Assembly (NCBI GenBank): GCA_963575745.1
Contig: CAUYUJ010000252.1
Coordinates: 1 to 64,000, forward strand
Source of the DNA: Prorocentrum cordatum
Taxonomy: Eukaryota
Direction of reading: 5' to 3'
Length of the DNA stretch: 64,000 bases
Made by a program: the position numbers and the translations under genes. Shown here piece by piece: positions 11,661 through 25,699 of this stretch. The notes below the pieces were generated by a model that did no database searches, was not told the DNA's origin, and worked only from the letters and a program-made list of their open reading frames with translations. Each line of letters begins with the position of its first letter. The first letter of the stretch is position 1.

Positions 11661-13011
11661 GATGTGCCGCTGTCCATTGGGAAGGGCATGTTTACAAAAG
11701 GGTGGCCCAGCTGCGACGTTGGCTTTGTGTGTTTGGATCGGCGCTCTTCCTCCCGCCGTTCACAACGGCCCTCTCGCCCAAGCGCGGGCCACAGTTCAGG
11801 GCTCGACTTCTTCATCGTCGTCGGCGCCCCGCTCCTGTCCTCTCCTCCTCCGTGCACTGGTCCTCCTGCTCCTCCCGCTCCTCCTGCTCCTGCTCCTGCT
11901 GCCGCTGCTCCTCCTCGTCCTTTTCATTCCTCATCCTCGTTTTGCCCACCCTCTTGCTCATCCGCCACCTCCTCCTCCTCCTCCTCCTCCTCATCCTCCT
12001 CCTATTCCTCCTCCTCCTCCTCCTCCTCCTCCTCGGATGTACACAGGGCTCCTTCTCTTTTTGCGCATAGCATGATGTGATCCTTTGAGGGTTCCAGTTC
12101 CGCTGTGTCACCCGTCGGCGGATAGAGAAACATCAGCGCAATGGGAAGGGATTGGTGTGAATGGGGTAGGATGTCAGATGTGACGCGAGCCCCCTCCTTT
12201 CTCCTGCCTTCTCTCCCTCTTCCCTTCCCCAGCCCCTCCCCCTCTCCCCTCACCTTCCCTTCGACATCTCACCTCCCCCTTCCCCGACCCCTCCCCAACC
12301 CCTCCCCCTCCCCTCACCTCCCTCTCACCCTCCACCCCCCCTCTCCCCCGAACTCTGCCCCTCCCCCTTCCCCCCCCCTCCTCCCCCCCCCAGAGCCGAC
12401 CGACCTGGACCTCTCGGGGGGTAGGGTCTGGGAGTGATGCCTTGCCCCCCCCCCCACACCACCTCTCCCCCTCCCCTCCCCTTCCCCCTCCCCCTCCCTC
12501 CCCCTCCCTCTCCCCTCCCCTCTCCCCTCTTCCTCCCCCTCTCCCCCCTCCCTCTCCCTCCTCCAACATCACCAGCACTGGCAATCCCCTCATCATTGTC
12601 ACCAGCCCTGTGCAGTCTCTACCTTGCCGTGCTCGACGGCCAGGGCTCCCCCAGCATGCTCCAACACTGGGCTCCGTGGCTTTCTACCTGGGTCTCTTGA
12701 TGCTGAAGGGCCCACGGGAGTAGAAAGGAAGTCGGACGTTACCCGCCCCACCACCCTAAGCAATCTTGGCGTGGCAAGTGTGTGCTGGCTTCTCAATCAT
12801 AGCCCAGCGGGCTGCGGGAACCCTTTGAGACCACCCCCAGAGGGGCTCCATCAAAGGACGCAACCCGTCTGACAACATCCTGGGACGAGACGGCTATCTC
12901 GCTTCACAAGACGTGCTCCACGCCGACTCCGAGGGGGGCCTCGCCCTCTTCGGTTTGAGGCCTGTTCCCCATCTCTGGACCATGGTTGGATTTTCGAAAT
13001 TTGGGAGCGTA

Positions 13012-13188
13012 CCGTCGGGGCCCTGAAAAAAGGAACCTTGTTCGTTGGGGAGGGGCTCCGCGTTCCTTAAGTGTTTCACAGTTTGCCTCAGGTTTTCCTT
13101 ATGTTTTCGATACGAGATGGAAGTTTAACTAGTGGAAAAAAGGGGCCTCGTTCCTTATTTAGGGTTCCTTAGGTCAAGACCCTCACTG
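13012..13188. mobile_element. MITE copy 2, flanked by TA
   Basis: Colinear with 7446-7623; TA at 13010-13011 and 13189-13190. Confidence 0.8.
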
Positions 13189-13190
13189 TA

Positions 13191-14690
13191 TTAGAATTCC
13201 TTGGAGCATCGTCGTCGCTTTCAGCAGCCTGTACAGGGCTGTTTCCATCAGCATCATGTTTGGGGGGCTCATCTCGGACGGATTCCTCCTAAATCGTAGC
13301 GTACGGCAGAGATGCCCGCTCAGCGGCTTCATCTTCGCGTTGGCCCTCGACCCGTTCTTGTGTGCCCTTCGCCAGCACTGCCCATATGCCGATGGCGAGA
13401 TCTGCACTTTCGCCGACGACGCCAGCATTGGCTGTTGGGAAACATGTTGCCGAACCTGCTTCGCATTTTCGTCCGCCTGCCTGCGCGCCAGGCCTCTCTG
13501 TTAACTGTGCCAGGCCCGTCGTTGTTACCCGGTTTTTACACTAAAGACGAAGCGCTTCAGAAGTTCCAGCAAGCTGGCGTAGATGTATCCAGCTTCACGG
13601 TCCAGAGAACTCGGGGGTATCTCGGAGTCACCCTCGGCCGAGGGACCGCCTTTCATGGCACGCCCAGTTTGCGAAGTTAACGCTCGCGCCTGAGAGACCA
13701 AAAACAGGAGATCTTTCACTCATCTCATCTGTCGCTCTGTTTAGTTTTGTTGGACCGCCGTCTTATTTCATGTAGGCCAATACTTTACAGTGTGCCGTGA
13801 AGTCAAAGGTGCATATCGCAGGTCAGTGACCCACAAACAGCCCGCGCTTTTTAGTTTCGCACTTCTCCCTCCTGAAGCTCGACGATCTACAAATCCGTCC
13901 TCCTCTGTGGGATCTTGAGTGCGAGGTTTGGGCATATGTATATCATTGTGCCGTGGAGCGGACTGCCTACCATTGCGTGGTGCATGACTTTGATGAGCTT
14001 TGGAAGGAGGGGGACTACGTTGTCGCTCATCGCCTCCAGCACATGTTCAAGTATTCGTTTCTTTCTGTATGCGCGAGAACGTGAAGAGCCTAATTAGCAT
14101 CCCTGGAGTACCCCGCTTTTGTTAGGATTTTTTTTTCAATGGTCCGTGTACGAGCAGTTGCGGGAATTTGATCCCAGACATGTTCGTGAGTCCCTCTTCC
14201 CCCGCTTTAAACACCGGGGTCTTGAGCCATCTTCGGGCCAGATCGACATTGCCCTGCGTAGGTCCTCGTGGGTGCCCCTTGATTGCGGTCTCGACTCTGC
14301 TGAGCTGGGCCAACAGCTGGAGCAAAAGTGCTCGGTATAGGCAAGCCACCTCTTTGTGTAGATCTCTCTGATCAGATGAAGCACTACCTCCGATGCCCTG
14401 AAGCCCTGCCCGCAATCCAAAAGTTGGCGCCGTCTCTTCCAGCATGCTGGGAATCGGCGACCTTTTCCCATGTCCGCTGTCCCGAGCCCCTCTTTCTCTC
14501 ATATCCTGCACGGGTGCTGTCGTTGAATGTTGCCCTCGATCTGTTTCGCATCTCTTTCTGCGGCCTCAGGTCGCGCGAGGCGGTCTCCTCGCCTCTTGCC
14601 CGCTCCTGCTTTCACGCGCGCCTGCGCGCCCTCGCACGGAAACGCGGTCGGGTGCAAACACTCGCAGCAATTTGAACGATACATTGCAGA
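13191..14690 (+). mobile_element. Degenerate 5'-truncated L1/Tx1-like LINE fragment (RT + C-terminal Cys/His motif)
   Basis: SVRQRCPLSGFIFALALDPFL (GVRQGCPLS-like), FADD, GYLGVTLG, DQMKHYLRCP; many frameshifts. Confidence 0.8.
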
Positions 14691-15078
14691 ACTGACGGGG
14701 GGGGGAGTCCGTAGTATCAGCATCATCGTCGTAATCACTAAAGTCATCATCACCATCATATCATCAACCTCATCAGCCATCATCGCCAACGCGCCATCGT
14801 CAACATCATCAGCCATCATCGCCATCATCGCCAACACGCCATCGCCACGCCAACATCAGCAACATAGTCACCATGATCACCGCAATCATCACCATCATCA
14901 CCACCACCACCGCCATCATCACTACCATCATCATGACCATCAAGAGCAGCATCATCATCACCATCATCATCATCATCGTCGTCATCATCACCATCATCAC
15001 CATCATCATCATCATCATCATCAGCATCATCATCATCACCATCACCATCCCCTTAGCCCCCCGCTCCAACTCTGCCAG

Positions 15079-15194
15079 GACAGGCTGGGCGTCACCGGGC
15101 CGCCCCCAGCGCCTCCGCCGGCAATGTCCGCGAGGCTGGGCGGCGGCCTCGGAGGAGGCAGCGGCGGTGGGGCTCCCTCCTCCTCGTCCTCCAG
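15079..15194 (+). CDS. Candidate exon of gene A (DRLGVTGPPPAPPPAMSARLGG...); 3' end uncertain
   Basis: CAG|GAC acceptor matching the GAG|GAC donor of the previous exon. Confidence 0.4.
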
Positions 15195-15639
15195 GCCCTC
15201 GTCCTTTTTCCCCCCTCCCCCTTCTCCTCCTCCTCCTCTTCCTCCTCCTCCTTCTCCTTCTCCTCCTCTTCCTCCTCCTCCTCCTCCTCTTCCGTCTCCT
15301 CCTCCTCCTCCTCCTTCTCCTCCTCCTCCTCTTCCTCCTCCTCTTTCTCCCCCCGTTCCCCCCCTCGCCGAACCTCGGCGCGCTCTCTCGTCTCGCTCTT
15401 CTCGCCCGTGGCCGTTGGCTCTCCTTGTGCCCGTCCTTCCTCCCCCGTCTGAGGCGCGTCTGCGGCGACGAAATCGCCAAATGGGCGCGGATCTGTTTGC
15501 CCCTTGTTTCGGGGGGGCGGGCGGGGGAGGGGGGGGGAAGGGGGACGTAGAGGAGGAGTGGCGTTCGGAATAGTAGGATGACGCTGAGGAAGGTGAGAAG
15601 TTAGAGGGCGAGGAGGAGGAGGAGGAGGAGGACTCATTA

Positions 15640-16330
15640 TCCGACCTGACAGCAACGTCAGGAGAGTGATTGCCAGACGTTTCTGTGATGATCACACCCA
15701 ATTCCAGGCCTCAGCCGAAAGCAGTCTCCAGTGCTAATAGCAATTGAGCGACGTGGCAGAATCCCGACATCTGTTGGATCCTGGCTCTTGCCCTGTGCCA
15801 CCTCCACCGCCCATGCTTGTCAGACCTCCACCAGTGCGCAGGCCCTGGGTATACAAGGCTCCGGCCGACGTGCCAGCCAAGAGGTGCCCGCAGCTGAGTA
15901 CCCAGAAGAAGAGCCCAACCAAAACGATTGAGCAGACTTCTAGATGAATATGGACACTCCTGGTGGTGCGGGGGCTGAGAGAGCTCACGGCGATATGCAA
16001 CTGAGACCGCAGTGCTGCTGACGCCCACATGGACTTCAGTATGAATGGTTGTGGCCATCATGTCACAGTGCCCTGTGCGTTCCTTGTCACAGTTGTGTTG
16101 TGAGTATACGTGTCTGGCACTCTACGTTATCGTCTCCTGACTGTAATGTCTGCTGCTACTGGACCTGCTCCGCAGAGGCTGAGGACCCCAGGTTTTCTGG
16201 GGATCTCTCCAATATCTCATTCCCATGTATATGTCGTCCTCTTCGTCGGGTGAGGTGGGGCCTTCTGTCTCGTGTACTCATTTTTGTATCGGTTGGTAAT
16301 GACATGTCTGATGTTACCAGGCATGGGCTC
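15640..16330 (-). mobile_element. Possible LINE 5' UTR plus degenerate start of an APE domain
   Basis: Minus-strand LLLALETAFG / GVIITET resembles the APE N-terminus; shares sequence blocks with 12560-12760. Confidence 0.35.
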
Positions 16331-16530
16331 CGCTGAGGATCTCCCGAATGGTGAGGTGAAGTGAAAAACTATGTCGAAGAGGAGGAGGAGGAGGAGGAGG
16401 AGGAGGAGGAGGAGGAGGAGGAGGAGGAGGAGGGGGAAGAGAAGGAACGGAGGAGGAGGAGGAGGAGGAGGAGGAGGGAAAGGAGGAGCAGTCGGAGGAG
16501 GAGGAGGACGAGGAGGAGGAGGAGGAGGAG

Positions 16531-16962
16531 GCGCTGGCTGCACAGCGCGAAGAGGCCATTCTGGACCTCGAAATGCAGCGGCCGGGCCAGCCGCGCGCCT
16601 TCTTCGATGTCACTGTCAGGTACAGCGTACCGGGTGACATCGACGCGCTGCGGTCCGCCGCCGGCCGCGACGGCTCCATCAACGCCGCCGCAGAGGCGGA
16701 CCAGCATCGCCGGTACCCAGTGGTGGTATCACCTTGGCGGATGGTGCCTTTGGCGCTGGAGACTGGCGGCCAGCACGGCCACGCCGCTTTCTGGCACCTG
16801 CGCAGCCTTGCCCGGGACCAGGCGGCTCTGCTGGCGGCGGGCGACGAGGGCGAGGCGGACGCCCTGGCCGGCCAGCTGGTGGCCCGTTGGGGGCGGGAGT
16901 TCAGTGTAGTCTTCCACCGGGCCACAGCGCGACAGCTGCGGGCGGCCCTGGGGGCGGACTAG
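16531..16962 (+). mobile_element. 3' fragment of a CRE/R2-type non-LTR element: restriction-like endonuclease domain
   Basis: AILDL...FFDVTVR...AEADQHRRYP...VPLALETGG.HG.AA..L, then a stop; typical RLE C-terminal layout. Confidence 0.8.
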
Positions 16963-17111
16963 GCTGGCCGTGCGGCGGCGCTGCACCCCGCCGAGCCGGG
17001 CGGCAGCTGGGGCGTGCTGTTTGTCACCTACTGGGTCGCCTCGTTCTTGGCGGCGGTCAGTATGGGCGCAAGCGCGGCCGTCGGCAAAGCGACCCGCGCC
17101 GCGGCCCTCGC

Positions 17112-18400
<1,289 letters not shown>

Positions 18401-18426
18401 CGAGCGGCGCGGGCCCCCGATGCCAG

Positions 18427-18561
18427 CCAGGAATCCCGCAGCCGCCCGCCGGGGGCCCCGCGTCGCCGCCGCGGCCGCTGGGCGGCCTGGCGGGGCAGCC
18501 GCCGCCCCGGCCGCCCAGCGGCTTCGCCGCGCAGCCGCAGTCGGCCGAGCAGCGGCTGCAG
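18427..18561 (+). CDS. Exon of gene A (PGIPQPPAGG...SAEQRLQ)
   Basis: CAG acceptor, CAG|GC donor, GC3-rich; in frame with the exon at 24060. Confidence 0.55.
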
Positions 18562-18700
18562 GCGGGGCGGCCTCGTCGAAGCGGGGGGGGCTCTGCCTCG
18601 GGGTCCGCTTCGGTCCTCGCTCCTGGATCCCCCTCGGCCCTCGATCCGCCGTGGCCCTCCTCGGCCCTCTTCCTGCTGCTCTTCTCGTCGCCCCCTGCCT

Positions 18701-18722
18701 TCCGTAGCCATGTTGGCCCAAG
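18701..18722 (+). other. DinoSL spliced-leader relic (TCCGTAGCCATGTTGGCCCAAG), followed by a weaker second relic at 18723-18739
   Basis: 20/22 identical to DCCGTAGCCATTTTGGCTCAAG. Confidence 0.85.
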
Positions 18723-19943
18723 GTTATCCTGGTTCAAAGCGTCCACGGTAGTTCCGTTGCAAGAGTGCTCCCCTGACACTTTCTACTACAATATATACCG
18801 TTTTGTCGCGCCACCATTCTCGGCGGGGATGCCAGAACGTCATCTTCTCAACGCCTCAACGCGGCCAGAGGCAAAACAACAGAGGATGAACAGCCCGCTG
18901 CGCAAGATGGACGGGTTGGACGACGCAGCCGAGCTTGCCGCAGGTGGCGTCTGAAGTGTGGACGACGGGACGAAACAACAGCAGGCACCTTTCCAACAAC
19001 GTCTTGCAATCGCATCGGACGGTGCACTGTTAACGGTAAGTATGCTGTCACGCATGCTACTTGAGCACCTGGGGCCGATCAGGTTCGACATTGCCGCGAT
19101 CAAGCAACACGGCGTATCGCACGCAGACCTGAAACCATTAAAAACATCGATTGGCGGCCTTACTTTGCGCATTGCAGCCATTGAGGCTTGAGGCTAACCG
19201 TGCTGTTACGAGACACTAATCGGCAACATCGGGGGCAGCCCCCAGCATGAATTCCACGATCGAGGATAAATTGCACGGGTTGGCGCGCGAGGTGGACAAT
19301 CTTCGTGGGAAAAGGTTTCTAGGACCACTTAGCAACACTACGGCATCAACGACCGCCTACACAGCTGGGAAAAGTTATAACAACATCAACATGACGATCG
19401 TCGTGAATGATCTGCAGGCGGCGACGCCCAAAGAGGACCATTCAGTGATATTCGTCTTTCAATGTTGGCAGTGCGCAGGCGTGCACCATGGGCCAGGTCA
19501 TTGATATGCCACTGGCTTGCGCGCATTGGGGGGTGGACGCCACTTAATGCCCGGGTGCTCTTCCAAGTTGCTCCTTAACAGGGCCGGTGGCGCGGGCGGT
19601 TCCACGTTCTGCCTTGCGGTTTCGTTCCCACCAGTCGGATGGCTAACATGCAGCGCGCAATGCAGACGAGACGCTTCTCCGTAACATTGACAGGCGGATG
19701 TCGCTTGATTCGACGGGCACCGCCTGGTCTGATTCAACATATTTTCGGCTTCTATCCATGTTGCCATTTTGTAATATATTTTCACAGGGGTGGGTAATTC
19801 GACTTAAGTACTGGGTTTCCGCACGACTCCGTCTAGCTCCAACCTCCCATGTCCAAGTAACGACTTAAAACCTTCAACAACCCCGACTAAAAGTCAGTTC
19901 GCACCCGTGCACTGATCACCGTCAACGAAACATGGAGAACGAC

Positions 19944-19978
<35 letters not shown>

Positions 19979-22860
19979 TGGACCACCTGGGAAATACATA
20001 CTCTCAGCTGCACGACATGATCGCCATCCGCGAGCAGTGGCGATTGTGTTAAATAGCCAGCATGCCCGATTTATCAAGAGTTCACAGCCATCAGCGAGAG
20101 GATCGCTTACATGGACTTGGACTTGCCAGAGCAATCCATGAGGATAATCCGTCGTATTTTCCCCACTGTGGTTACGGCGACACCCACGTGCAGCAGGTAT
20201 ACGACATGCTCTCCGCCCTCCATAAACGGCCGGCCCATCAGCGAATGATGACAATACTGGCTGGCGATTCCAATGTGCAAGTTGGGGTTCAGAGCATCTG
20301 CGACGATACGGACAACGACGACGAGCAGCAGGTTGCACCGAACACATTGGTGGACAAATTTGGAATGGGGACGTGCGGCGCCCGAGGAACATGGTTACGA
20401 GCATGGGCGAACAAGGAGAAACTGATCACCAACACGCACTTTTACACAAGCACCCGAGCCATGTCTTTACACGCGCCAGCAGCAGCTCAGGCAGAACACG
20501 TTCAAAAATCGACTACGTCCTCATCGACCGGGCGTTCCGCACCATAGTTCTTGATGCTCGCGCGTCCGCGTGCCCAGATTTAGGCTCCGACCGTCAAGCT
20601 GTTCATATGCAACTCGACTTGTCTGTTTCGTCCGTGAAGCGACGGCGGAAACGGAGCAAACAGAAGACAATGCTCGCAGGACGACCACGGGCTAACGATC
20701 CACATTTTCAGCAGCACTTGACAGAATCGTTGCAAGAACGTTCGCGAGACTCAACAGTACGCGAGAGATGTGCAGACACTGAACGAGCGTTGCTAGTTGC
20801 AAGTGCGCTCTATGCCGATAGCAAGTACCACTGCGACTCCGACAACAAGCAGAACCAACAACTCCGTGACCTCATCGCCCAGCGACGCAGCACGCCGGAG
20901 GAGGACACCGTTGCCCGCAAGATGATTAGCAAACATATCTGCAAGGAGCTACGGTCATTGAAACGGGCCCGGCGGCAGGAGAAGATCAAGGACATCATCT
21001 GCAGTTTCAAGGGCCTCACAAAGATAGCGAGCACCAGAAAGATCAAGCACAAAGACATGATTCCGACTATGACGGGGCGCGATGGCAACGACGTGACTGA
21101 TCGACAAAGCATCGCCGACATCTTCGCCACATTCTACGAGCAGCTCTACCGGCGCAACGTTTACCACAACGAACGTGCGACGCGCGACGCCGACGCACCC
21201 CTCAGGAGCGCCGACACCGGCATGGCCCACGTCCCCATGCCACCCTTCTCACAAGAAGAGGTAGTGCAGGCGATCAAGCAATTCAAATATTTCAAATGCA
21301 AGGACACGGCGGGGATCACAGCAGCATGTTGAAGGCCGGCGGGACGTGCATAGAGCAACGCCTGCAATGCTTATCCGACGACATCATACAAACATTTTGT
21401 TTACCACCAAAATAATGGAGACGTACGACCCTTAGCGTAATCTTCAAATCTGGGGCCCCCAAAAGACCGCAGAACTATAGACCAATTGCGGTCATTCCTT
21501 TCCTGTGCAAGTTGATGGCCCGATTCGCGTGCAATCGTCGAAACCCAGGACTGGATGGCCAATGAAGCGTCGACCAAGCAGGCTTCCGACATGGCTACAG
21601 CACCGAAGGCCACCTCTCACCACAAGCCTGCTTCACAACCAGTCGGAAGAATGGCAATTACCCCTGCGGGCGGCAGGTGTGGACTTCAATCAAGCATTCG
21701 GCTGCGCAGGCTCTGGGAGAACAGCGAGCACCCTCATCCTACATCGACCTCCTACAGAAGTCCTACGACAACCAAACTGCCAGAGTCCGCACGGACACCA
21801 CGAGCACAGAGCTCAGCATTGAGAGAGGCGTAAAGCAAGGTGACCCGCTCGGCTCACTTCTGCCCGACGCGCTTCTTGAACATACCCTCCGACGGTTGAA
21901 GTTGTCGCAGTACAGGAGGAAGTTGGGCATGCAACTGGGATTTTGTCACAGACCCCATCATTACCAATCTTATATTCGCAGAAGATGTTTTGTTGCATGC
22001 ACCGTATCTACGCCAGCTGAAACGTTTACGTTGCGATCTGAAGAACCAGTCTTCCCACTGCGGCTCGGATCTGCACCCAGAGAAGACCAAACTACTTTCG
22101 AATGTCACCCGCCGCGAGGGCAGAACAATTCATTTCGTCACTATCGGTGGAGATAGCGTTGAGGTCTTGGAAGCGAAACAGAGCACGAAACTCTCAGGCG
22201 GAGTACTCACGTTTCATGACTTCCACGAAAAAGGAGCTCAATCATAGAATTGCCTCTGGGTGGCGCAAGTTTAACCAATTAAGGCACGAACTGATGTGCC
22301 AACACTACCCTCTTGCCAGCCGCCTGCGGCTTCTCAACTGGGCAGTGACGCCTGTCGTCACGTGCGGATGCACGTCGCTTGGTTTTATTAAGAATATGTT
22401 CACTACATTACAGCGGACGCAACGACATACTATCATCATCGTAGTTGGCACCAGCAGGAGGCGCACGAAGGGCCCCCCCGAGAACGACGACCAGACGAAC
22501 CATCATACCAGCAATTCCGAGCTCGCGGAGAATACCAATTTAGAGACCACAGCGCCTGAGAGCGACTTCGGCGACAGCAGCGAAACCAACGACGACGACA
22601 ACACAAGCAGCTTTGACGACAGCACCACGGGTTCCGGGATCGATTTTGTCTGGAGAGCAGCGCGCGTTGCCAACGCTCGCGCCGAACGAGCCCAAGTCTA
22701 ATTCTGGACAACAGCTCATTGCAAACGGAAGTGGCGGTGGGCTTACCGCGTGGCAAATCAATCTATTGACCGATGGTCACGACGTGCCGCCGTGTGGGAA
22801 CCCCCAGTGCATGACAAACGACCTGCCCAGAGGAGACACGGAGGGCAGCGGAAAAGATAG
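18701..22860 (+). mobile_element. Near full-length degenerate RTE-like LINE (ORF1-like coil, APE, RT) in an intron of gene A
   Basis: APE motifs YFPH, LAGDSNVQVG, KIDYVLID, LGSDRQAV. RT motifs IFKSG..NYRPI, DFNQAF, RGVKQGDPL, FAEDV. Numerous stops and frameshifts. Confidence 0.9.
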
Positions 22861-24059
22861 GAGGGCTCCGCTGCGGCGGATCTGCGCGTTTCGTTTCGCT
22901 TCGCTTTGCTTCGCTTCGCTTCGCTCCTCCTCCTCCTCCTCCTCCTCCCTCTCCTCCTCCTCCTCCTCCTCCTCCTCCTCCTCCTCCTCCTCCTCCTCCT
23001 CCTCCTCCTCCTTCTCATCTTCCTCCTTGCCTTCTCGCTCCATGCCTGCCTCTCTTCCCCCCTTTTCGACGCTGTCGTCCTCCCACTTCTCCTCTTCCCC
23101 CAATCTTCCCCTCCTCTTCGCCCCCCTCCACCTCCTCCTCCCTCCTCCCTCATCCCCGCCCCCCCCCCTTTCGAGCCAGTTTGGAGCCATCCAAAGCCTG
23201 CCAAGCCCCTCCTCCTCGTGATTCTCCATGGCATACCTCCTCCTCCTCCTTCTCCACCTGCGTTTTCCGTCCTATTCAACTTCCCTTCTCGGTCGGGAAC
23301 TGTTGGATCGCGTGTTGCGCCGCTGGTTCTGGCCCACCACGCTCCGGCGCGACACGTTATCCACTCCGCGGCCCCCAGACGTCAACGCCCCGACCATATC
23401 ACGAGCCTCCCGCCGCCCGCCCTCCTCCCGAGCCCTGCTGCCCCCATCCCTCCTCCCGTTGTTTTCCGTACTGTAGTTCCTGAGTTGGGCTTTTTTTTTG
23501 TCCCGCTTTGCGCATTCCGCCGTACGGGTTCACCTTGCTCATCATCGAGCGAGCAGAACTATGCACATACACCGATTCTGGCATAATTCTCCTTTCTCTG
23601 TCATCACGCTTCCTGCGCCTGCAGCTCTGGCTTCGGTCCCTGGGTGTCGCCGCCAGGTCACTCGAGCCCCGGCTGGCCGCACCGGGGCGCTCATCCTGGA
23701 ATCCTTCCCGCGGTGAGTGCCCCCCCTCCCTTCCCGTTCTCCGCGACGGCTCCTTCCCGCTCTTCCCTCCTCTTGCAGCCGGGCAGCTCGTTTGCCCAGC
23801 GCCCCCGGCAGCTCGAGCGCCCGCGCGGATTGCCCCGGCCGGGCCGCGACGCCAGAGGTGTCGTTAGCTTGGGCTGCCTGAGATGCTCCAGGCGTGGCCT
23901 CCCTTCGTTGGAGAGGGCTGCGGGAACCCTGCGCAGGAGTCCCCCCCCCCCACTTCCCGCACGGGATGTGCGCGTCGCCCGCGAATGCACGGCGGCCGCG
24001 CCGAAGCCATGCCCGACCGGCCTCCTCCCTCCCCAGACCGGTCGAGACCTCCCCCGCAG

Positions 24060-24137
24060 GCGGCGATGGCTGGGGTGGCCGGAAGCATGCAGCGCTTCGA
24101 GGCACTGCGACCGAGGCTCCAGAGCCTGCCGCAACAG
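24060..24137 (+). CDS. Exon of gene A (AAMAGVAGSMQRFEALRPRLQSLPQQ)
   Basis: CCCCCGCAG|G acceptor, CAG|GC donor, 78 nt, phase 0. Confidence 0.6.
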
Positions 24138-24219
24138 GCGGGAAGGGGGTCGCGGCAGCGGCGGGGCGAGGCCCCTGGCGGGCGCCGGGAGGCACCTGAG
24201 GCAGGGTTCCCTTCGACTC

Positions 24220-24420
24220 CTCCGGGTCGATTCGGTTCGAGATCGGTATTTGTGGATTCCGATTCCGATTCGCTTCGACTTTGGATTCCGATGCCGATTC
24301 CGACTTCTCCATGGAGGCCTGATTGACCTGCCGATTGCTCTGCCGACTCGGCTTCTCCCGGCTTGCTGCCGCTTCCGCCGATCCGATTCCTTCCGACCGC
24401 CGATCCGACTATGGGTTCGT
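24220..24420. repeat. Degenerate (CCGATT)n minisatellite, followed by (GTC/GTG)n to ~24990
   Basis: Direct reading of the sequence. Confidence 0.8.
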
Positions 24421-24837
24421 TTTCCGAGGTCCAAGCGAGCTTTCTGTGGCCATCGTCGTCGTGGCCGTCGTCGTGGTCGCGGTCGTCGTTGTCGTCGTCG
24501 TCGTCGTTATCGTCGTGCTCGTTGTTGTCGTAGTCGTCGTTGTCGTCGTCGTCGTCGTCGTCGTGTTCGCGGTCGTCGTCGTGGTCGTTGTCATGGTCGT
24601 GGTCGTGGTTGTGGTCGTGGTGGTGGTGGTGTCATGGTCGTCGTCGTCGTGCTCGTTGTTGTCGTGGTCGCTGTCGCGGTGGTGGTGGTGGTGGTGGTGG
24701 TGGTTGTCGTCGTCGTCGTCATCGTCGTCGTCGTTGTCGGTCGCGGTGGTGGTCGTGGTGGTGGTCGTGGTCGTGGTCGTGGTGATCGTCGTCGTCGTCG
24801 TTGCCTTCGCTGTCGTCGTCGTCGCCGTCGTCGCGGT

Positions 24838-24884
<47 letters not shown>

Positions 24885-25699
24885 TCGTCGCCGTCCTCGC
24901 TGTCGTCTTCGTCCTCGTCGTCGTGGTCGTCGTCGCCGTGCTCGTTGTTGTCGTGGTCGTGGTCGCTGTCGCATCGGTCGTCGTCGGTCTTTCCGCGGCA
25001 GCTCTGCAGAAGGTCTGGGTCGTTGGGAGGAGTGCAGAGAGAGGTCTGGGGCAGCCAGTGGCAGAGGCAATGCAGTTCTAGTGGGGGAGGAAGAAAAGGA
25101 TATGAGTAAAGTAGGATGGAGGAAAAGGAAGCGAGGCGCAGGACGGAGGAACGCATATTGAGCGGGGCGCAGGCAGGACGAAAAGGCGGAGACGGACCAG
25201 AAAGAGCAATCACGCAGGAGTCGGAGGGTTGGGAGGAGAAGGAGGGGAGGACTTCGGGGGGAGGCCAGTTTGGGCGGAGCAGACGGTTCACAAGCGAGGA
25301 TACGAATTTGGGGGCCGATGAGGGTGAATGGGGGGCAGGAGGAGGATACAGAGGATACAGAGGATGCGGAGGAGGAGGAGGAGGAGGAGGAGGAGGAGGA
25401 GGAGGAGGAGAGGAGGAGGAGGGGAAGAGGAGGAGGCGGAGGAGGAGGAGGAGGAGGAGGAGGAGGAGGAGGAGGAGTACGAGGGAGAAAGAAGCAGCTC
25501 ATCAGGAGAATGTTCAGGAAGACTAAGACGAGAATCTTGTAATGGGCTGGAGTACGTAACTGGAGCAAGAGGGGGGGGGGGCATGAGCAGGGATAGCGAA
25601 ACGGACAAACAAGTGGTGGAGGAGGAGGAGGGACCGAATCAGGAGGAGGTTGAGCTGCAGGAGGAGCCATGGATGTGGGAGGCACCAAACACAATAAGC

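Larger units (their letters stand above)
7804..11700 (-). mobile_element. Non-LTR retrotransposon (LINE): APE endonuclease + RT + CCHC zinc finger + RNase H
   Basis: APE motifs SDFN, PTF, TTIDG, SQHRPV. RT motifs LIPK...RRPLTV, LDLEKCYD, GVPQGCP, YLDD, YLG. Zinc finger CVRC...HRLWSC. RNase H motifs CNGS, NNVGEL, YDSEY, HTGQFLNERAD. Confidence 0.95.

Noticed and set aside
16325..16370. Hammerhead-like CTGAGGA...GAAA
   Set aside because: The required stems could not be built convincingly.
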